DNA from: Bythopirellula sp.
GTDB taxonomy: Bacteria; Planctomycetota; Planctomycetia; Pirellulales; Lacipirellulaceae
Length of the DNA stretch: 64,000 nt
NCBI GenBank assembly: GCA_965216565.1
Contig: OZ244170.1
Location: 4,768,001 to 4,832,000, forward strand
Reading direction: 5' to 3'
In this document: positions 36,467-46,873 of the stretch, one piece after another
Layout of the letters: every line of letters begins with the position of its first letter
Position numbering within the stretch: the stretch's first letter is position 1
Notes under the pieces: generated by a model
The model's database searches: none
What the model was told of the DNA's origin: nothing
The model's input: only the letters and a program-made list of their open reading frames with translations
Program-made: the position numbers and the translations under genes

Positions 36467-36850
36467 CTAAAAATCTCTTTCCTCGGCAGTGAGTTTTTCG
36501 GCAATTGGCGATTTCTGCAGTTGCATTGCCAACTGTTCGAGCTGCAATTCTTCGTGAAATTGTCGGGAAGCACGCCAGTCGGCAAAGCCGAGCAGCATAA
36601 TCCACGCAGTGGTAAAAACCAAGCAAAGCAAATAGGCAGTGATCGCGATTGGCGTGCGAGGCACTGCGTCGAACATCATCAGTGCCACACCCACAAATCC
36701 AACGAGCCCGTTGGCCACGAGCCGCCGCCACTTTTTTCGGATCGCGAATTGTCTTTGATACTTCGAGGAGCTAATGCGCAGCGATTGAGACTCGGAAGCA
36801 AACCAAGAGGCAAACAAGATTGCCGAAATCGAGACCAAAACGATGCCCAT
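36467..36850 (-). CDS. Small hypothetical membrane protein
   Basis: 127 aa with 3 hydrophobic segments, 2 nt downstream of the M28 gene. Confidence 0.7.
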   Translation of the reverse strand: MGIVLVSISAILFASWFASESQSLRISSSKYQRQFAIRKKWRRLVANGLVGFVGVALMMFDAVPRTPIAITAYLLCLVFTTAWIMLLGFADWRASRQFHEELQLEQLAMQLQKSPIAEKLTAEERDF

Positions 36851-36852
36851 GA

Positions 36853-37845
36853 CTATTGCTTACTCCGCAACCATTCTTGAATCACCCAACCCACCTTGCC
36901 GAGTGATTCTGCAGAGCAGCGGTTTACGGTGTCCCCAGTTGTATGCCAAAGCGAATTGGTGTGGTCCGGATAATGAAAATCGATGATATCACAAGTAGGG
37001 ATCCCGGCAATATTCCGCAGAGCCAGGTGATCGTCCCTAATGGGGCTGCTGTATCGGTCGCGAGCAATGAACTCCTCCACTCCCAAGCGTGCTGCCGTCC
37101 CCCAGATTTCTTTGACCAAGGGTCGGGTATCAGTCCAACCGATACTGTACTTTTCTAAATAGATGCTCAAATTGCGGTCACCGACCATGTCGAGCAATAC
37201 TCCAGCCTGGTATTGGTAGGGGGGCCGATTGTTGATGTAGTCGTGTGCGAAGTATTCGCTGCCGATGAAATACTTGCCGGTTCGCCCAAAGACGAATTCC
37301 TCAGCATCGAAGAATACGAAGTCCAGCCCGAAGTCGTCCGGAAGGCCTTCCACGTGGTGGGCCAGTTCCATTAGCACAGCCACGCCACTACCGCCATCGT
37401 TGGCACCGATGAAGGTGCCACGACGGAGACGAGGGTTACGTTCCTGATCGGGGTACGGTCGCGTATCGTAATGCGCACATAACAGCAGTCGCTGCTTGGC
37501 TTCGGGGCGGCACTGCACAATCAGATTGGCCACCTCAACTAATTCTCCCTTCAGAGGATGTCGCAGTGGCGGTACCGTTTGCAGATCGGCTTTCAGCTTG
37601 AGTTTTTTGAAATGCTCAAGGAGCAGTTGTTGCTGGTCGAGCATTCCTTGGGAACCGGTCATGCGGGGGCCGATCGCGCAGATTTGCTTTAGATAGTCGT
37701 AGCTGCGCTTGCCATCGAAGCGCTCAGCCTCGGGTAGCGGCTCAAGTTTCTTGGCTGCTAGGAGCGGGCTGCCGTAACCGAGTGCGAATGCTATCACTGC
37801 CAGCGTGGACAGATTTCGAGTTAGTTGGCGACAGAAGATTTTCAT
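36853..37845 (-). CDS. M28 family peptidase / glutaminyl cyclase-like exported protein
   Basis: Signal peptide; CAHYDTRP, GANDGGSGVA, FFDAEE, LDMVG, DDH and WHT motifs. Confidence 0.9.
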   Translation of the reverse strand: MKIFCRQLTRNLSTLAVIAFALGYGSPLLAAKKLEPLPEAERFDGKRSYDYLKQICAIGPRMTGSQGMLDQQQLLLEHFKKLKLKADLQTVPPLRHPLKGELVEVANLIVQCRPEAKQRLLLCAHYDTRPYPDQERNPRLRRGTFIGANDGGSGVAVLMELAHHVEGLPDDFGLDFVFFDAEEFVFGRTGKYFIGSEYFAHDYINNRPPYQYQAGVLLDMVGDRNLSIYLEKYSIGWTDTRPLVKEIWGTAARLGVEEFIARDRYSSPIRDDHLALRNIAGIPTCDIIDFHYPDHTNSLWHTTGDTVNRCSAESLGKVGWVIQEWLRSKQ

Positions 37846-38079
37846 AAGCAATCTATTCTACGAAAATCATCGCCCCCGGGCGAGTACAGCCCGGAAATGG
37901 GCCTCTCTGCTGATTGCGTGTTATATCATGCTAGCGCGGTCGGGCTTGCTATCGCAGTCGGGTTCGGCACTTGCAGTTCAGGCCAAAGATATCTTGTGGA
38001 CATGACTGATACGACCTAGAATTCGCCGCCCCACCGTTGCCCCCGTATCACAAGACCCCAAATATCCAAGGATGGACCC

Positions 38080-38706
38080 ATGTCTTCTGATAGCTCGCTG
38101 CTACCAGTCAGTTTTGTTGCCGACATCAATCAACTGCACCACGACACCGTGGCCCGTTGGCACATGCAAGAACCAGACAATACGTACGAAGGCATCTTCG
38201 CCAAGATTTGTCAGCAGCACCAATTCAATTATCTTCTCTGGCACGAAGAGGATATCGCCCGGAGCCCCGATGTTGGCGATACGCGTATCGCCGAAGTGAA
38301 ACGTGCCATTGATGGCTACAACCAACAGCGCAACGATTGGATTGAGCAAGTCGACGAAGGGTTAATCGAGATGCTCGGTTCCCTGGGAGTCAAACCGGCT
38401 GACAATGCCCGGGTGAATACCGAAACTCCCGGTAGTGCCATCGATCGACTTTCGATTATGTCGCTCCGCGTTTATCACTTGACAGAACACTTGGATCGCG
38501 TCGACGTTGACCAAGAACATCTCGAAAAAGTGCGGCAGAAACTGGCTCGTTGCCGAGAGCAACAACGTGATTTGTCTCAATCTCTAGTAGAGTTGCTCGA
38601 CGATTTGCTCTCGGGACGCAATGTTCTGAAAGTTTATCGTCAGATGAAAATGTACAACGATCCTACGATGAATCCCTATCTCTACAAGACACCACAGGCT
38701 GCTTAG
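38080..38706 (+). CDS. DUF4254 domain protein
   Basis: LWHEEDIAR, KRAID..NQQRND.IE, TETPGSAIDRLSI and KVYRQMKMYNDP.MNP motifs. Confidence 0.9.
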   Translation: MSSDSSLLPVSFVADINQLHHDTVARWHMQEPDNTYEGIFAKICQQHQFNYLLWHEEDIARSPDVGDTRIAEVKRAIDGYNQQRNDWIEQVDEGLIEMLGSLGVKPADNARVNTETPGSAIDRLSIMSLRVYHLTEHLDRVDVDQEHLEKVRQKLARCREQQRDLSQSLVELLDDLLSGRNVLKVYRQMKMYNDPTMNPYLYKTPQAA

Positions 38707-38755
38707 CCTTGAGCGTGGTTGAGCCGTGTTGTAGCGATTGATGTGAGCTTAGTGT

Positions 38756-38811
38756 TAGCCGGAGGCACACTTGCCTCCTTCGTCCCGCCGGACCGCGTGG
38801 CGGTCCGGCTA
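38756..38811. repeat. REP-like palindrome copy 2 fused to a second hairpin, between convergent genes
   Basis: TAGCCGGAGGCACACTTGCCTCC followed by GCCGGACCGC-GTG-GCGGTCCGGCTA. Confidence 0.75.
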
Positions 38812-38857
38812 TTGGCGATTTCCACTGAATAGCACTTAGCGATTCGCTCCATTTGCA

Positions 38858-39904
38858 CTACGCGGAGCGGGCTTGCCTAGGCGTACTGAGCAGATCGTTG
38901 CAGGCGTCCACCACATGATCGATCGTGATGGCACGCATCGCCGAGTCGTCGTCCATGCGTCGCTTGCCGGGCGAATTGTCGTAGCGAACTTGGATGCTGC
39001 GATTCGTGGGGCCGTACGCACTTGTCTGAGCGGCCAGCGAAGTGCCATGCAGACTAACGCTCGGAGTTCCCACAGCCACTGATAAGTGTAAGGGCCCCGT
39101 GTCGGAGCCCACGAATAGCCGGGCTCGTTTGGACAACGCAGCCAGTTGGGTCATCGTGGTCGCGGGAGCTATCCGCACACAATTGCCGCCCTCGGCAGCT
39201 ATTAGTTCGGCGAGGGGCTGTTCTTCCGGTCCACCCCAGACGGCCAATGTTTGCAGACCTTTGGCGTCCGCCACCTGACGTGCCAGTTGGCCATAGCGCT
39301 CGGCTGGCCAGCGCTTGGAAGCCCAGCCAGCACCTGGATTGACGATCATAAAATCGCCCGTTGTCAGACCTAGCTCGTTGATTGTTTGCTTTGCAAATGC
39401 GGCGTCGGCGTCCGTTTCTGGGAGGTTCCAACTGGCGACTGGATTTTCAATTCCCAAGGGACGGAGGATTTTCAGATAGCGATCGATCACATGCTCGGCC
39501 GTCCCGTCGACTAATTCATTGTGTAACCAACGGCTAATCTCGCGGCCCAGCGCGCCTGCATAGCCGATTCTTCGTCGCGCACCGCTGAGCCAAGCCGCAA
39601 CGGCACTTTTCGAGAGGCATTGCAGATCGAGAGTAGTATCAAATTTCAAAGCGCGCAGCTCGTGGCGTAGCTCTCGCACCGCTTGAGGAGACTTCCACCA
39701 ATGGCGAGGAACCCGTACCAGGTGATCCAAATCGGGATGCCCGGTGAGTAGATCGGCATTGCGACCCTCGGCAACCCATCCCAACGTCGCCTGGGGCAAC
39801 GCCTGGCGCAGCGCGCATAGCACGGGGATGCCATGGATAAGATCGCCCATTGCCGAGAGCCTGACAATTAAGATGCGGGGAGAATCGAGTTCAGCGGGTG
39901 CCAT
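38858..39904 (-). CDS. Glycosyltransferase family 9 (LPS heptosyltransferase WaaC/WaaF-like)
   Basis: ILIVRLSAMGDLIH, LDLQ..KSA, NPGAGW.SKRWP and VGSDTGPLHL motifs. Confidence 0.93.
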   Translation of the reverse strand: MAPAELDSPRILIVRLSAMGDLIHGIPVLCALRQALPQATLGWVAEGRNADLLTGHPDLDHLVRVPRHWWKSPQAVRELRHELRALKFDTTLDLQCLSKSAVAAWLSGARRRIGYAGALGREISRWLHNELVDGTAEHVIDRYLKILRPLGIENPVASWNLPETDADAAFAKQTINELGLTTGDFMIVNPGAGWASKRWPAERYGQLARQVADAKGLQTLAVWGGPEEQPLAELIAAEGGNCVRIAPATTMTQLAALSKRARLFVGSDTGPLHLSVAVGTPSVSLHGTSLAAQTSAYGPTNRSIQVRYDNSPGKRRMDDDSAMRAITIDHVVDACNDLLSTPRQARSA

Positions 39905-40112
39905 CGCACATCCTTGAAAGCAATCTTGTCTTACGGGGGTGTGGTGAAGCCGATAAGCTATCAGCGAAGCAAAAACCGAGCAATGTCACAACTACCGGTA
40001 GTGCCTGGACGCTTTCTGTAGAGTGCCTATCAAATTGTCGTTGTGCGGATCTTCGACAATGGCGATGATAGCACTGTCGTCCATCGAACTTTTTTAATCT
40101 GGGTCTAGAGAA

Positions 40113-41261
40113 ATGTCGTTTCGCATTGCCATCTTTATGGGCACGCGACCCGAGGCTATCAAAATGGCCCCCGTCGTTGCTGCTTTTCGACAGGCTGAGG
40201 GCTTCGAGCCAGTTGTGATCAATTCCGGGCAGCATCGCGAGATGATCCAGCAGGTGATCGATCTGTTTGGGATTTCGGTCGACGCGGAGCTGGATGCAAT
40301 GCAGCCCAATCAGACATTGGCGGGGCTCACCTCCCGATTGATCGAACGGATCGACAAGGTGCTAGAGGATACTAGTCCCGACCTGGTGTTAACGCAGGGC
40401 GATACGACGACCGTCTTATGTGCAACGCTGGCAAGTTTTTATCGCAAGATTCCAATCGGCCATGTTGAGGCAGGATTGCGAACGGGAAACATGCAGTCGC
40501 CATTTCCAGAGGAAGCCAATCGGCGACTTGTCAGCCCGCTCGTCTCCTTGCATTTTGCCCCGACAGAGACGGCTCGAGAGGCATTGCTTAAGGAGTGCTA
40601 CCAGGATGAACAGATCACGGTCACCGGCAACACCGTAATTGATGCCCTATTGATAGAAATCGAACGACAATCGGCCGAAGACGTCAAAGCGGCACTGCAC
40701 AAAGAACTGGTCGAAGCGATTGGTTCCGATTGGCTCGAGCGAGATTCGATTTTAGTTACTGGACATCGTCGCGAAAACTTTGGTCAAGGATTCGAGCAAA
40801 TCTGTGAGGCGCTCGACGAGCTAGCCAATCGTTTTGCGGAGATGCTGATTATTTATCCTGTACATCTGAATCCCAAGGTGCAGCAGGTTGTGCAAGAGCG
40901 GCTCGGCGATCGAGAGAACATCCGTTTGATCATGCCACAACCTTACTCGCAATTTGTGGCATTAGCGCGGCGCTGCCGATTGATTCTTACCGACTCGGGA
41001 GGCGTCCAAGAAGAAGCCCCCACATTGGGCAAGCCTGTGCTCGTGATGCGCGACACAACCGAGCGACCCGAAGGCGTGGAGGCAGGGACCGTGAAACTCG
41101 TGGGTGCCAACAAGGATTCTATTGTCGACGAGGCGACGACTCTGCTTACGGACCCTGGGGAGTATGGGCAGATGGCGAGCGTGGCTAACCCTTATGGGGA
41201 TGGGCAGGCCGCGGAGCGAATTGTCGAGGCGGTTCGGTCTTTCCTGAATAACCGGGAATAA
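40113..41261 (+). CDS. wecB: UDP-N-acetylglucosamine 2-epimerase (non-hydrolysing)
   Basis: GTRPEAIKMAP, GQHREM, QGDTTT, HVEAGLRT, HRRENFG, TDSGGVQEEAP and TERPEG. Confidence 0.97.
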   Translation: MSFRIAIFMGTRPEAIKMAPVVAAFRQAEGFEPVVINSGQHREMIQQVIDLFGISVDAELDAMQPNQTLAGLTSRLIERIDKVLEDTSPDLVLTQGDTTTVLCATLASFYRKIPIGHVEAGLRTGNMQSPFPEEANRRLVSPLVSLHFAPTETAREALLKECYQDEQITVTGNTVIDALLIEIERQSAEDVKAALHKELVEAIGSDWLERDSILVTGHRRENFGQGFEQICEALDELANRFAEMLIIYPVHLNPKVQQVVQERLGDRENIRLIMPQPYSQFVALARRCRLILTDSGGVQEEAPTLGKPVLVMRDTTERPEGVEAGTVKLVGANKDSIVDEATTLLTDPGEYGQMASVANPYGDGQAAERIVEAVRSFLNNRE

Positions 41262-41900
41262 CAGTCAAAACATGGCTTTTGTCTGCTATCAGCCAATGAG
41301 TGCCGTTTGCAACGGGGGGTGAGGGGCTGTGGAACATTTGCAACATAGCCGGGCAGTCGATCGGTTTTTTTGTTTGACAGTCACCCGAAGATTCGTAAGT
41401 ATTACGTCTGTGGGGCACCGGTAATTGATCGCGTTTTTCGACGCAATTGGCTGCCATTTCTAGGGATAGGAACAAACCTGCGACAAGTCTGCGTGCAGGA
41501 AGCCGTCGCTACGATTCGCGATTACGAATCATTCGGTCCGAAATTTGCATTCTTGGACGGGAGATTCGAGTCGATACGGCTCAAAGCGAAAATGTTGCGT
41601 TGATGCGGTTTATAACGGCAATGATGCTTGGGATAGCTCGACTATTGATCGGGTTATTCCGGATTCGTCAAAAACCATTCTCGTGGAACAGTGGTTGCGG
41701 GACCTTACTTTAGGCAGGCCCCAAGCGGAGAATGGAAGGATGGCTTGTCGTCCCGATGCAGTGAACGTTTCGGGAAGAATGTAAAGAATTTGATTGTGAA
41801 AGATAGCAAGCAGTTTCTTCACGAATTTTTGTTGGATTGATCCCAACACGGAACAGGTCTGGGCAAAGTTGCGTAGGCAGTTTGAGGAGCCTCCACTCGT

Positions 41901-43427
41901 ATGGATTACTTTTATCTCTTAGCAGTGTCTTGCATTGCAGCCGTAGTCAGTTACCCACTCACAAATTTTGTGGGGCTGATGGCGCGTAGCTGGGGGTTTG
42001 TGGATAAGCCTGACGGCCACCACAAAAGCCACAAACGAGAAGTCGCCCTGGGTGGCGGCTTGGCTGTGTTCTTAGCGGCAACCGTCACTTTCGGCGTGGA
42101 ATTTCTCTCGTCTTCCCCCCTGCAATCGGTACTTCAGCAAGAAGCCTCTTACCTGACGGGACTGCTGTTAGCGTGTGCCTGGATTGTGAGTGTCGGTCTG
42201 TACGACGACCGTTTCGGGATGCGTGGTATCTGGAAAATGGCAGGGCAGGCGATTGCTGCTCTTATCGTGATCAAATCAGGGTTGGTAATCGAAAAGTTCG
42301 CCGTCTTTGGATATATCATTCCGCTGGGCTATTTGGCGATTCCCTTCACAGCATTTTGGCTCATTGGTGCGATGAACTCGCTAAATCTGTTGGATGGAAT
42401 CGACGGCCTGGCGACGACCATAGGCATTATTCTGTGTGCCACAATCACTGCGATGGCAGTAGTATTCGACCAAGGTGCTGTGGCTGTAGTCGGAGCCGTA
42501 TTCACGGGTAGTCTGCTCGGGTTTCTTAGATTTAACTTCCCGCCGGCTAGGATCTTCTTAGGCGATGCCGGCAGCATGTTGATTGGCTTGGTGGTAGGTA
42601 CTTTGGCCATTGGTGGGTCATTCAAAGGTCCAGCGACGGTGGCTTTGGCCGCTCCGCTTGCTATTTGGGCGTTGCCAATTTTCGATTCCGTGGCAGCGAT
42701 CATGCGACGCAAACTCACCGGACGTAGTATCTACGCCACCGATCGCGGTCATCTCCATCATCGGCTGATGACGCTTTTTGGAAACAACACGCGGGTGCTG
42801 GGCGTTGTGGCAATTTGTTGTGCGGTGACCTGTGCTGGTGCTTTGATTAGCACGCTGATGGGCAGCGACGTGGCAGCCCTGATTGCGATTGTCGCCGTGC
42901 TGGGCATGTTGGTTGCCACACAAGCATTTGGCCACGTTGAATTCTTGATGTTCCTCACACGCGTGAAAACTTTTGTGATGTCCATGCTATTCCGCAGTAG
43001 TCCTCGACAATATCTCTTCCGTCTGCAAGGTTCCCGAGACTGGGATATCATGTGGCAATCGGTGATTGAATTCGCTGAGAAGCTAAACCTTGTCGAAGTG
43101 CGGTTGGATATTAACCTAGCCGCTAAGCAGGAAGGCTTTCACGCCAAATGGCATGGCACCAGCTCTTGTGAAAAACGCGAGCGCTGGGGTGCCGACATTC
43201 CGCTTTTTGCCGGTGAGCACTTGATCGGTAAACTGCAAGTCACTGGTAACAAGCCGAGCGGGATTACTTCGTGCGAGATGATGAACCAGTTTATGGACAT
43301 GATTGAACCACTGGAATCTGAGATCGTTGCTCTGGCTATGGAGAGTTCTTTAGAAGAACCCCAGCCCGTCTCAACCGACTCGCCTCCGGTTCCGCCCACC
43401 ACGACTCACGCTACCCCCGTAAGCTGA
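41901..43427 (+). CDS. Undecaprenyl-phosphate HexNAc-1-phosphate transferase (WecA/MraY family) with a C-terminal extension
   Basis: GGGLA, GLYDD, NSLNLLDGIDGLA, FNFPPARIFLGDAGS and DRGHLHHRL. Confidence 0.93.
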   Translation: MDYFYLLAVSCIAAVVSYPLTNFVGLMARSWGFVDKPDGHHKSHKREVALGGGLAVFLAATVTFGVEFLSSSPLQSVLQQEASYLTGLLLACAWIVSVGLYDDRFGMRGIWKMAGQAIAALIVIKSGLVIEKFAVFGYIIPLGYLAIPFTAFWLIGAMNSLNLLDGIDGLATTIGIILCATITAMAVVFDQGAVAVVGAVFTGSLLGFLRFNFPPARIFLGDAGSMLIGLVVGTLAIGGSFKGPATVALAAPLAIWALPIFDSVAAIMRRKLTGRSIYATDRGHLHHRLMTLFGNNTRVLGVVAICCAVTCAGALISTLMGSDVAALIAIVAVLGMLVATQAFGHVEFLMFLTRVKTFVMSMLFRSSPRQYLFRLQGSRDWDIMWQSVIEFAEKLNLVEVRLDINLAAKQEGFHAKWHGTSSCEKRERWGADIPLFAGEHLIGKLQVTGNKPSGITSCEMMNQFMDMIEPLESEIVALAMESSLEEPQPVSTDSPPVPPTTTHATPVS

Positions 43428-43574
43428 GTGAAGCTGAGAGGAACCTTTTGCTTTAGTTTGTTCTCTAAAGCTAAGTGCCTCTAGCTAAACCTTCCCGCAG
43501 AAGTATGCTTCTCCTGCCACGGCTGAGAAGCGACTGTCCCTTGTCCATGGCCATTTCGAGAGTATCTTTGCCCG

Positions 43575-45176
43575 ATGGCAAACAAATCGCCGCAAACGGA
43601 AGGTTCGGATTCCTCTGACCCAAGCGTGCGCTCCGACTCGGAGCATGCTGCGGATCAGGTGAAATCGCTCGGCAGAGCCACAGGGTCGGGCTTCTCTTGG
43701 CTGACATTGAGTTTGCTGATTGGTAAGGCCTGTATTTTTCTAGCCCAAGTTGTGCTGGGTTGGATTCTTACCGCCGAAGATTTCGGTGTGTTTGCCATTG
43801 CAGCTTCAGTGATTGGCTTCATTAAAGTCTTTCACGATGGCGGAGTCCCCCAGGTACTTGTTCAACGCGGAGAAGAAGAATTCAAGCGTTTGCAGGGAGC
43901 CGCCTTCTGGATTGCAATGACGATCAGCCTGATGGCTGGAATTGTTCTGGCATTTCTCGCACCTTGGATCGCAAGCATCTATGGAGATAGTCGTCTAACT
44001 TCGGTCCTTTGGGTGTTGGCTGTCTCATTGCCGCTGGGGGCCCCGGCCAACGTGCTACGTGCGCGTCTTCAGCTCGATTTGCGGTTTCGAATCATCTCGA
44101 TGATTTCCGCAGGCAGATTTATAATTCGCAGCGTGGCAATGGTGATTCTCGCCTTGCTTGGCTACGGGGTGATGAGTTTTGTCCTACCGCTGCTGATCGT
44201 GGCAGTTTTTGAAAACACTACTGCCTATTTGGCGACACGTTCCAAACCTTGGAAGAGTCCGGTGCTGTGGAAAGAATGGCCTGGATTGCTGGGCGATTCT
44301 TACTGGGTGGTGTTCGCAACCGTCTGCCGCGGTCTCGCCCGATACGGGGGATACCTTGTGTTGGGCCTGCTAATCGCGCAAGGACTGCTGGGCCAATACT
44401 TCTTTGGATTCCAATTAACGATTCAAATCACTTATCTGGTTGCGCTTAACCTAAGGCATGTCTTGTTCCCTGTGATGACGAAGCTGGCAGACCAGCCCGA
44501 GCGTCAGTCGCGGGCCATCCTGCGGACTATTAGCGTGCTGATGTTGGTCGCAGCTCCGACCAGCATGATTTTTGCCTCGATCGTTGAGCCACTCGAGCAA
44601 TTCGTCTGGCATGGCAAATGGGCCTCGGCGGTACCGTTGATGCAGATCTTTGCCATCCTTGCCCCGCTGATGATTATCTCGGACATCTTGCAGGCAGCAC
44701 TAAACTCTCGGGGTCAGTTTCGATTGGCCGGATATCTAACATTCTTGGAAGGTTGTTGGTTGATGTTGTCCTCTTGGATTGCTGTCTCGCTGGCTGGAGA
44801 CACCAACATCACAGGAGTTGCCGCTTGGTCAGCAGGGTTGCAGGTTATTTATATCTTGATTGTGAGTTGCTTCATGCTGAAAGGCTTTGGCATTGAACCC
44901 GCAGAATTTATAAGGGGATTTCTCAAGCCTTGGAGTGTTGCGGCCGCTAGTGTGGTAATCGCTTTAGTTACTGCCATCTACTTGCCAGCGTCGATGATGG
45001 AACTGCTTAAGATACCGCTGTTGGCAATAATTTATTTCATTAGCTTTTCGATACTGGCACAGGTGTTGTTACGCACGGACGTGCAGCACTTAGCCAATGT
45101 AGCTCCCCGCAAAATAGCCAGCGTCGTAAGAGTGTTGTTTCTCTTGCCGGCAAAAGAAGGGTCAACTGGTGGGTAA
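43575..45176 (+). CDS. Oligosaccharide flippase (Wzx)
   Basis: Multi-TM polysaccharide biosynthesis protein with LTAEDFGVFA and LGYGVMS, inside the glycan cluster. Confidence 0.9.
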   Translation: MANKSPQTEGSDSSDPSVRSDSEHAADQVKSLGRATGSGFSWLTLSLLIGKACIFLAQVVLGWILTAEDFGVFAIAASVIGFIKVFHDGGVPQVLVQRGEEEFKRLQGAAFWIAMTISLMAGIVLAFLAPWIASIYGDSRLTSVLWVLAVSLPLGAPANVLRARLQLDLRFRIISMISAGRFIIRSVAMVILALLGYGVMSFVLPLLIVAVFENTTAYLATRSKPWKSPVLWKEWPGLLGDSYWVVFATVCRGLARYGGYLVLGLLIAQGLLGQYFFGFQLTIQITYLVALNLRHVLFPVMTKLADQPERQSRAILRTISVLMLVAAPTSMIFASIVEPLEQFVWHGKWASAVPLMQIFAILAPLMIISDILQAALNSRGQFRLAGYLTFLEGCWLMLSSWIAVSLAGDTNITGVAAWSAGLQVIYILIVSCFMLKGFGIEPAEFIRGFLKPWSVAAASVVIALVTAIYLPASMMELLKIPLLAIIYFISFSILAQVLLRTDVQHLANVAPRKIASVVRVLFLLPAKEGSTGG

Positions 45177-45992
45177 GTCTTCCAGCCAACGGCGATCAGG
45201 CTCGTAGCCTGCCGCAATAAGTGCGTCGCCACAGTGTCGGTCGAATACCTCGCCCGCTTCGCGTGTGAAATGGTTTTTCCAATCGCCCGCGATCCCTTTG
45301 CGGAGAAATTTGGATTTGTCTTCACTGTTTGGTTTGCGACCGGATCGACGTGAGAAAGAGAAATCGTTTAGTATGAATTCGATCCGTTCGGAACTAGGTT
45401 CTTTGCCGTCGAGTTTGGGCATTTCGGATGATAGCGCCTGCAGGCCATCGCTGAGTAATTCTTCGTATTTGAGACAAGGCACTTTCGAGTGATCGCGGTC
45501 GAGATAGGAATTAACGTGTTCACCCCAACTACACCTGCAACCCAAGGTTCGATTGATTTGAGTCTCCAAAAACCGAGGGAAATTCTGGCGAACGGTTTGG
45601 GGGTCATCCGCGTCCAAATAGATGCTGCGCTGGTCGGCAGGCAACCAACGCTGCTCGCCACCTTTGAGAATGCGTTGGATATGATAGTACATCGAAACCA
45701 TCACATCGCGGCCATCGCGCATAACGTAAACTGAATGAGGGTACTTGTCATCGAGCAACTCATGGCCGTGGACGACCGCGGGAAATCCGACGGGTAAGAT
45801 CGAACTTTTCGGAAACGGCAATTGTAGATAGGCCGCTGTGAGCTGGCACGCCCAGGTGGTTCCGCTCTTCGGGTAGCCAACGACATACACCAGTGGAATC
45901 GCCTTGGGAAACCACATCCCAAGCCGCCATGTGACAAGATGAGAGACCGCCACGAGTCGACGGCTTAAGCCCTTGCGGTTCACCGAGAGCAT
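45162..45992 (-). CDS. PAPS-dependent sulfotransferase (Sulfotransfer_1 type)
   Basis: YPKSGTTW (5'PSB), RDGRDVMVS (3'PB), KYEEL and RKGIAGDWKNHF. Confidence 0.93.
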   Translation of the reverse strand: MLSVNRKGLSRRLVAVSHLVTWRLGMWFPKAIPLVYVVGYPKSGTTWACQLTAAYLQLPFPKSSILPVGFPAVVHGHELLDDKYPHSVYVMRDGRDVMVSMYYHIQRILKGGEQRWLPADQRSIYLDADDPQTVRQNFPRFLETQINRTLGCRCSWGEHVNSYLDRDHSKVPCLKYEELLSDGLQALSSEMPKLDGKEPSSERIEFILNDFSFSRRSGRKPNSEDKSKFLRKGIAGDWKNHFTREAGEVFDRHCGDALIAAGYEPDRRWLEDLPTS

Positions 45993-46161
45993 GAATGTGC
46001 CTTATTTGAGTCGAGGGGCCTGGAAACCAAGATCGGGGCAAACGACAAAAGTGCTAGATTTGGTAGGATAGAATATTATTTCCTCCCCAGACGCCTGGAT
46101 CCAATAACTTCACCGAGCACCCGTACTCTCAGCAAGCACCATATAGCTGCGAGATCTAACC

Positions 46162-46845
46162 ATGAGCTTAACGAAAGACGAAAATAACGAAAGCTCCGGG
46201 CTTGCAGATTCTCCAGGATCAATGGTCGGTACCGAGATGTGTCGTGTTGATGAAATCGAGATTGCAGAACCCGTGACATTTCGGGGCATCCTGCCCGACT
46301 TGCTAATCCACTCTCCTCCCCGGCATGGTAGATCCTGGCCATACTACGTTCTCCGGCTGTTCACGACGGCCTTGATATCGTCTGGCTTTCACATGATGCT
46401 TGTCTACCGAATTGGTGCTTATCTGCATCGCTTGCGTCTGTTACCACTGAGCCTCCTTGCTGAGAAAATCATCTATCACTGGTATCATTGTGTGATTCCA
46501 TGTAGCGTACGCATGGGTCCCGGAGTTTGGGTCCCCCATCCCCTGGGGATCGTGCTGAATAGCAGGGCTCGGCTTGGAGCAGGCGTGTGGTTGCGTCAAT
46601 TCACAGAGATTGTCCATGTCTGGGAAGAAGACAAAGATCGATCTGGAATTGTCGGCGATCGAGCCCAACTTAATAGTGGTGCGATTATCTTGCGCGGCGG
46701 GCTAGTGGGCCACGATTCGATTGTCGCAGCCCGGGCTGTTGTGACGAAGCCGGTTCCACCCAAGAATCTCGCGAAGGGAATTCCGGCCAGTTCTAGTCCA
46801 CTGAGGATCGAACAATTACCAGAGAAAACCCCTCGCTGGATATAG
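46162..46845 (+). CDS. CysE-like left-handed beta-helix O-acetyltransferase
   Basis: GPGVWVPHPLGIVLN, hexapeptide repeats and VVTKPVP..GIPA. Start uncertain. Confidence 0.82.
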   Translation: MSLTKDENNESSGLADSPGSMVGTEMCRVDEIEIAEPVTFRGILPDLLIHSPPRHGRSWPYYVLRLFTTALISSGFHMMLVYRIGAYLHRLRLLPLSLLAEKIIYHWYHCVIPCSVRMGPGVWVPHPLGIVLNSRARLGAGVWLRQFTEIVHVWEEDKDRSGIVGDRAQLNSGAIILRGGLVGHDSIVAARAVVTKPVPPKNLAKGIPASSSPLRIEQLPEKTPRWI

Positions 46846-46873
46846 TTTTTTTCAATCAGGCTGCGTCGATTCT

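Noticed and set aside
41262..41900. Long AT-richer intergenic region before wecA as a riboswitch, ops/JUMPstart element or small gene
   Set aside because: No matching consensus, stable structure or credible ORF found by eye; probably promoter DNA.
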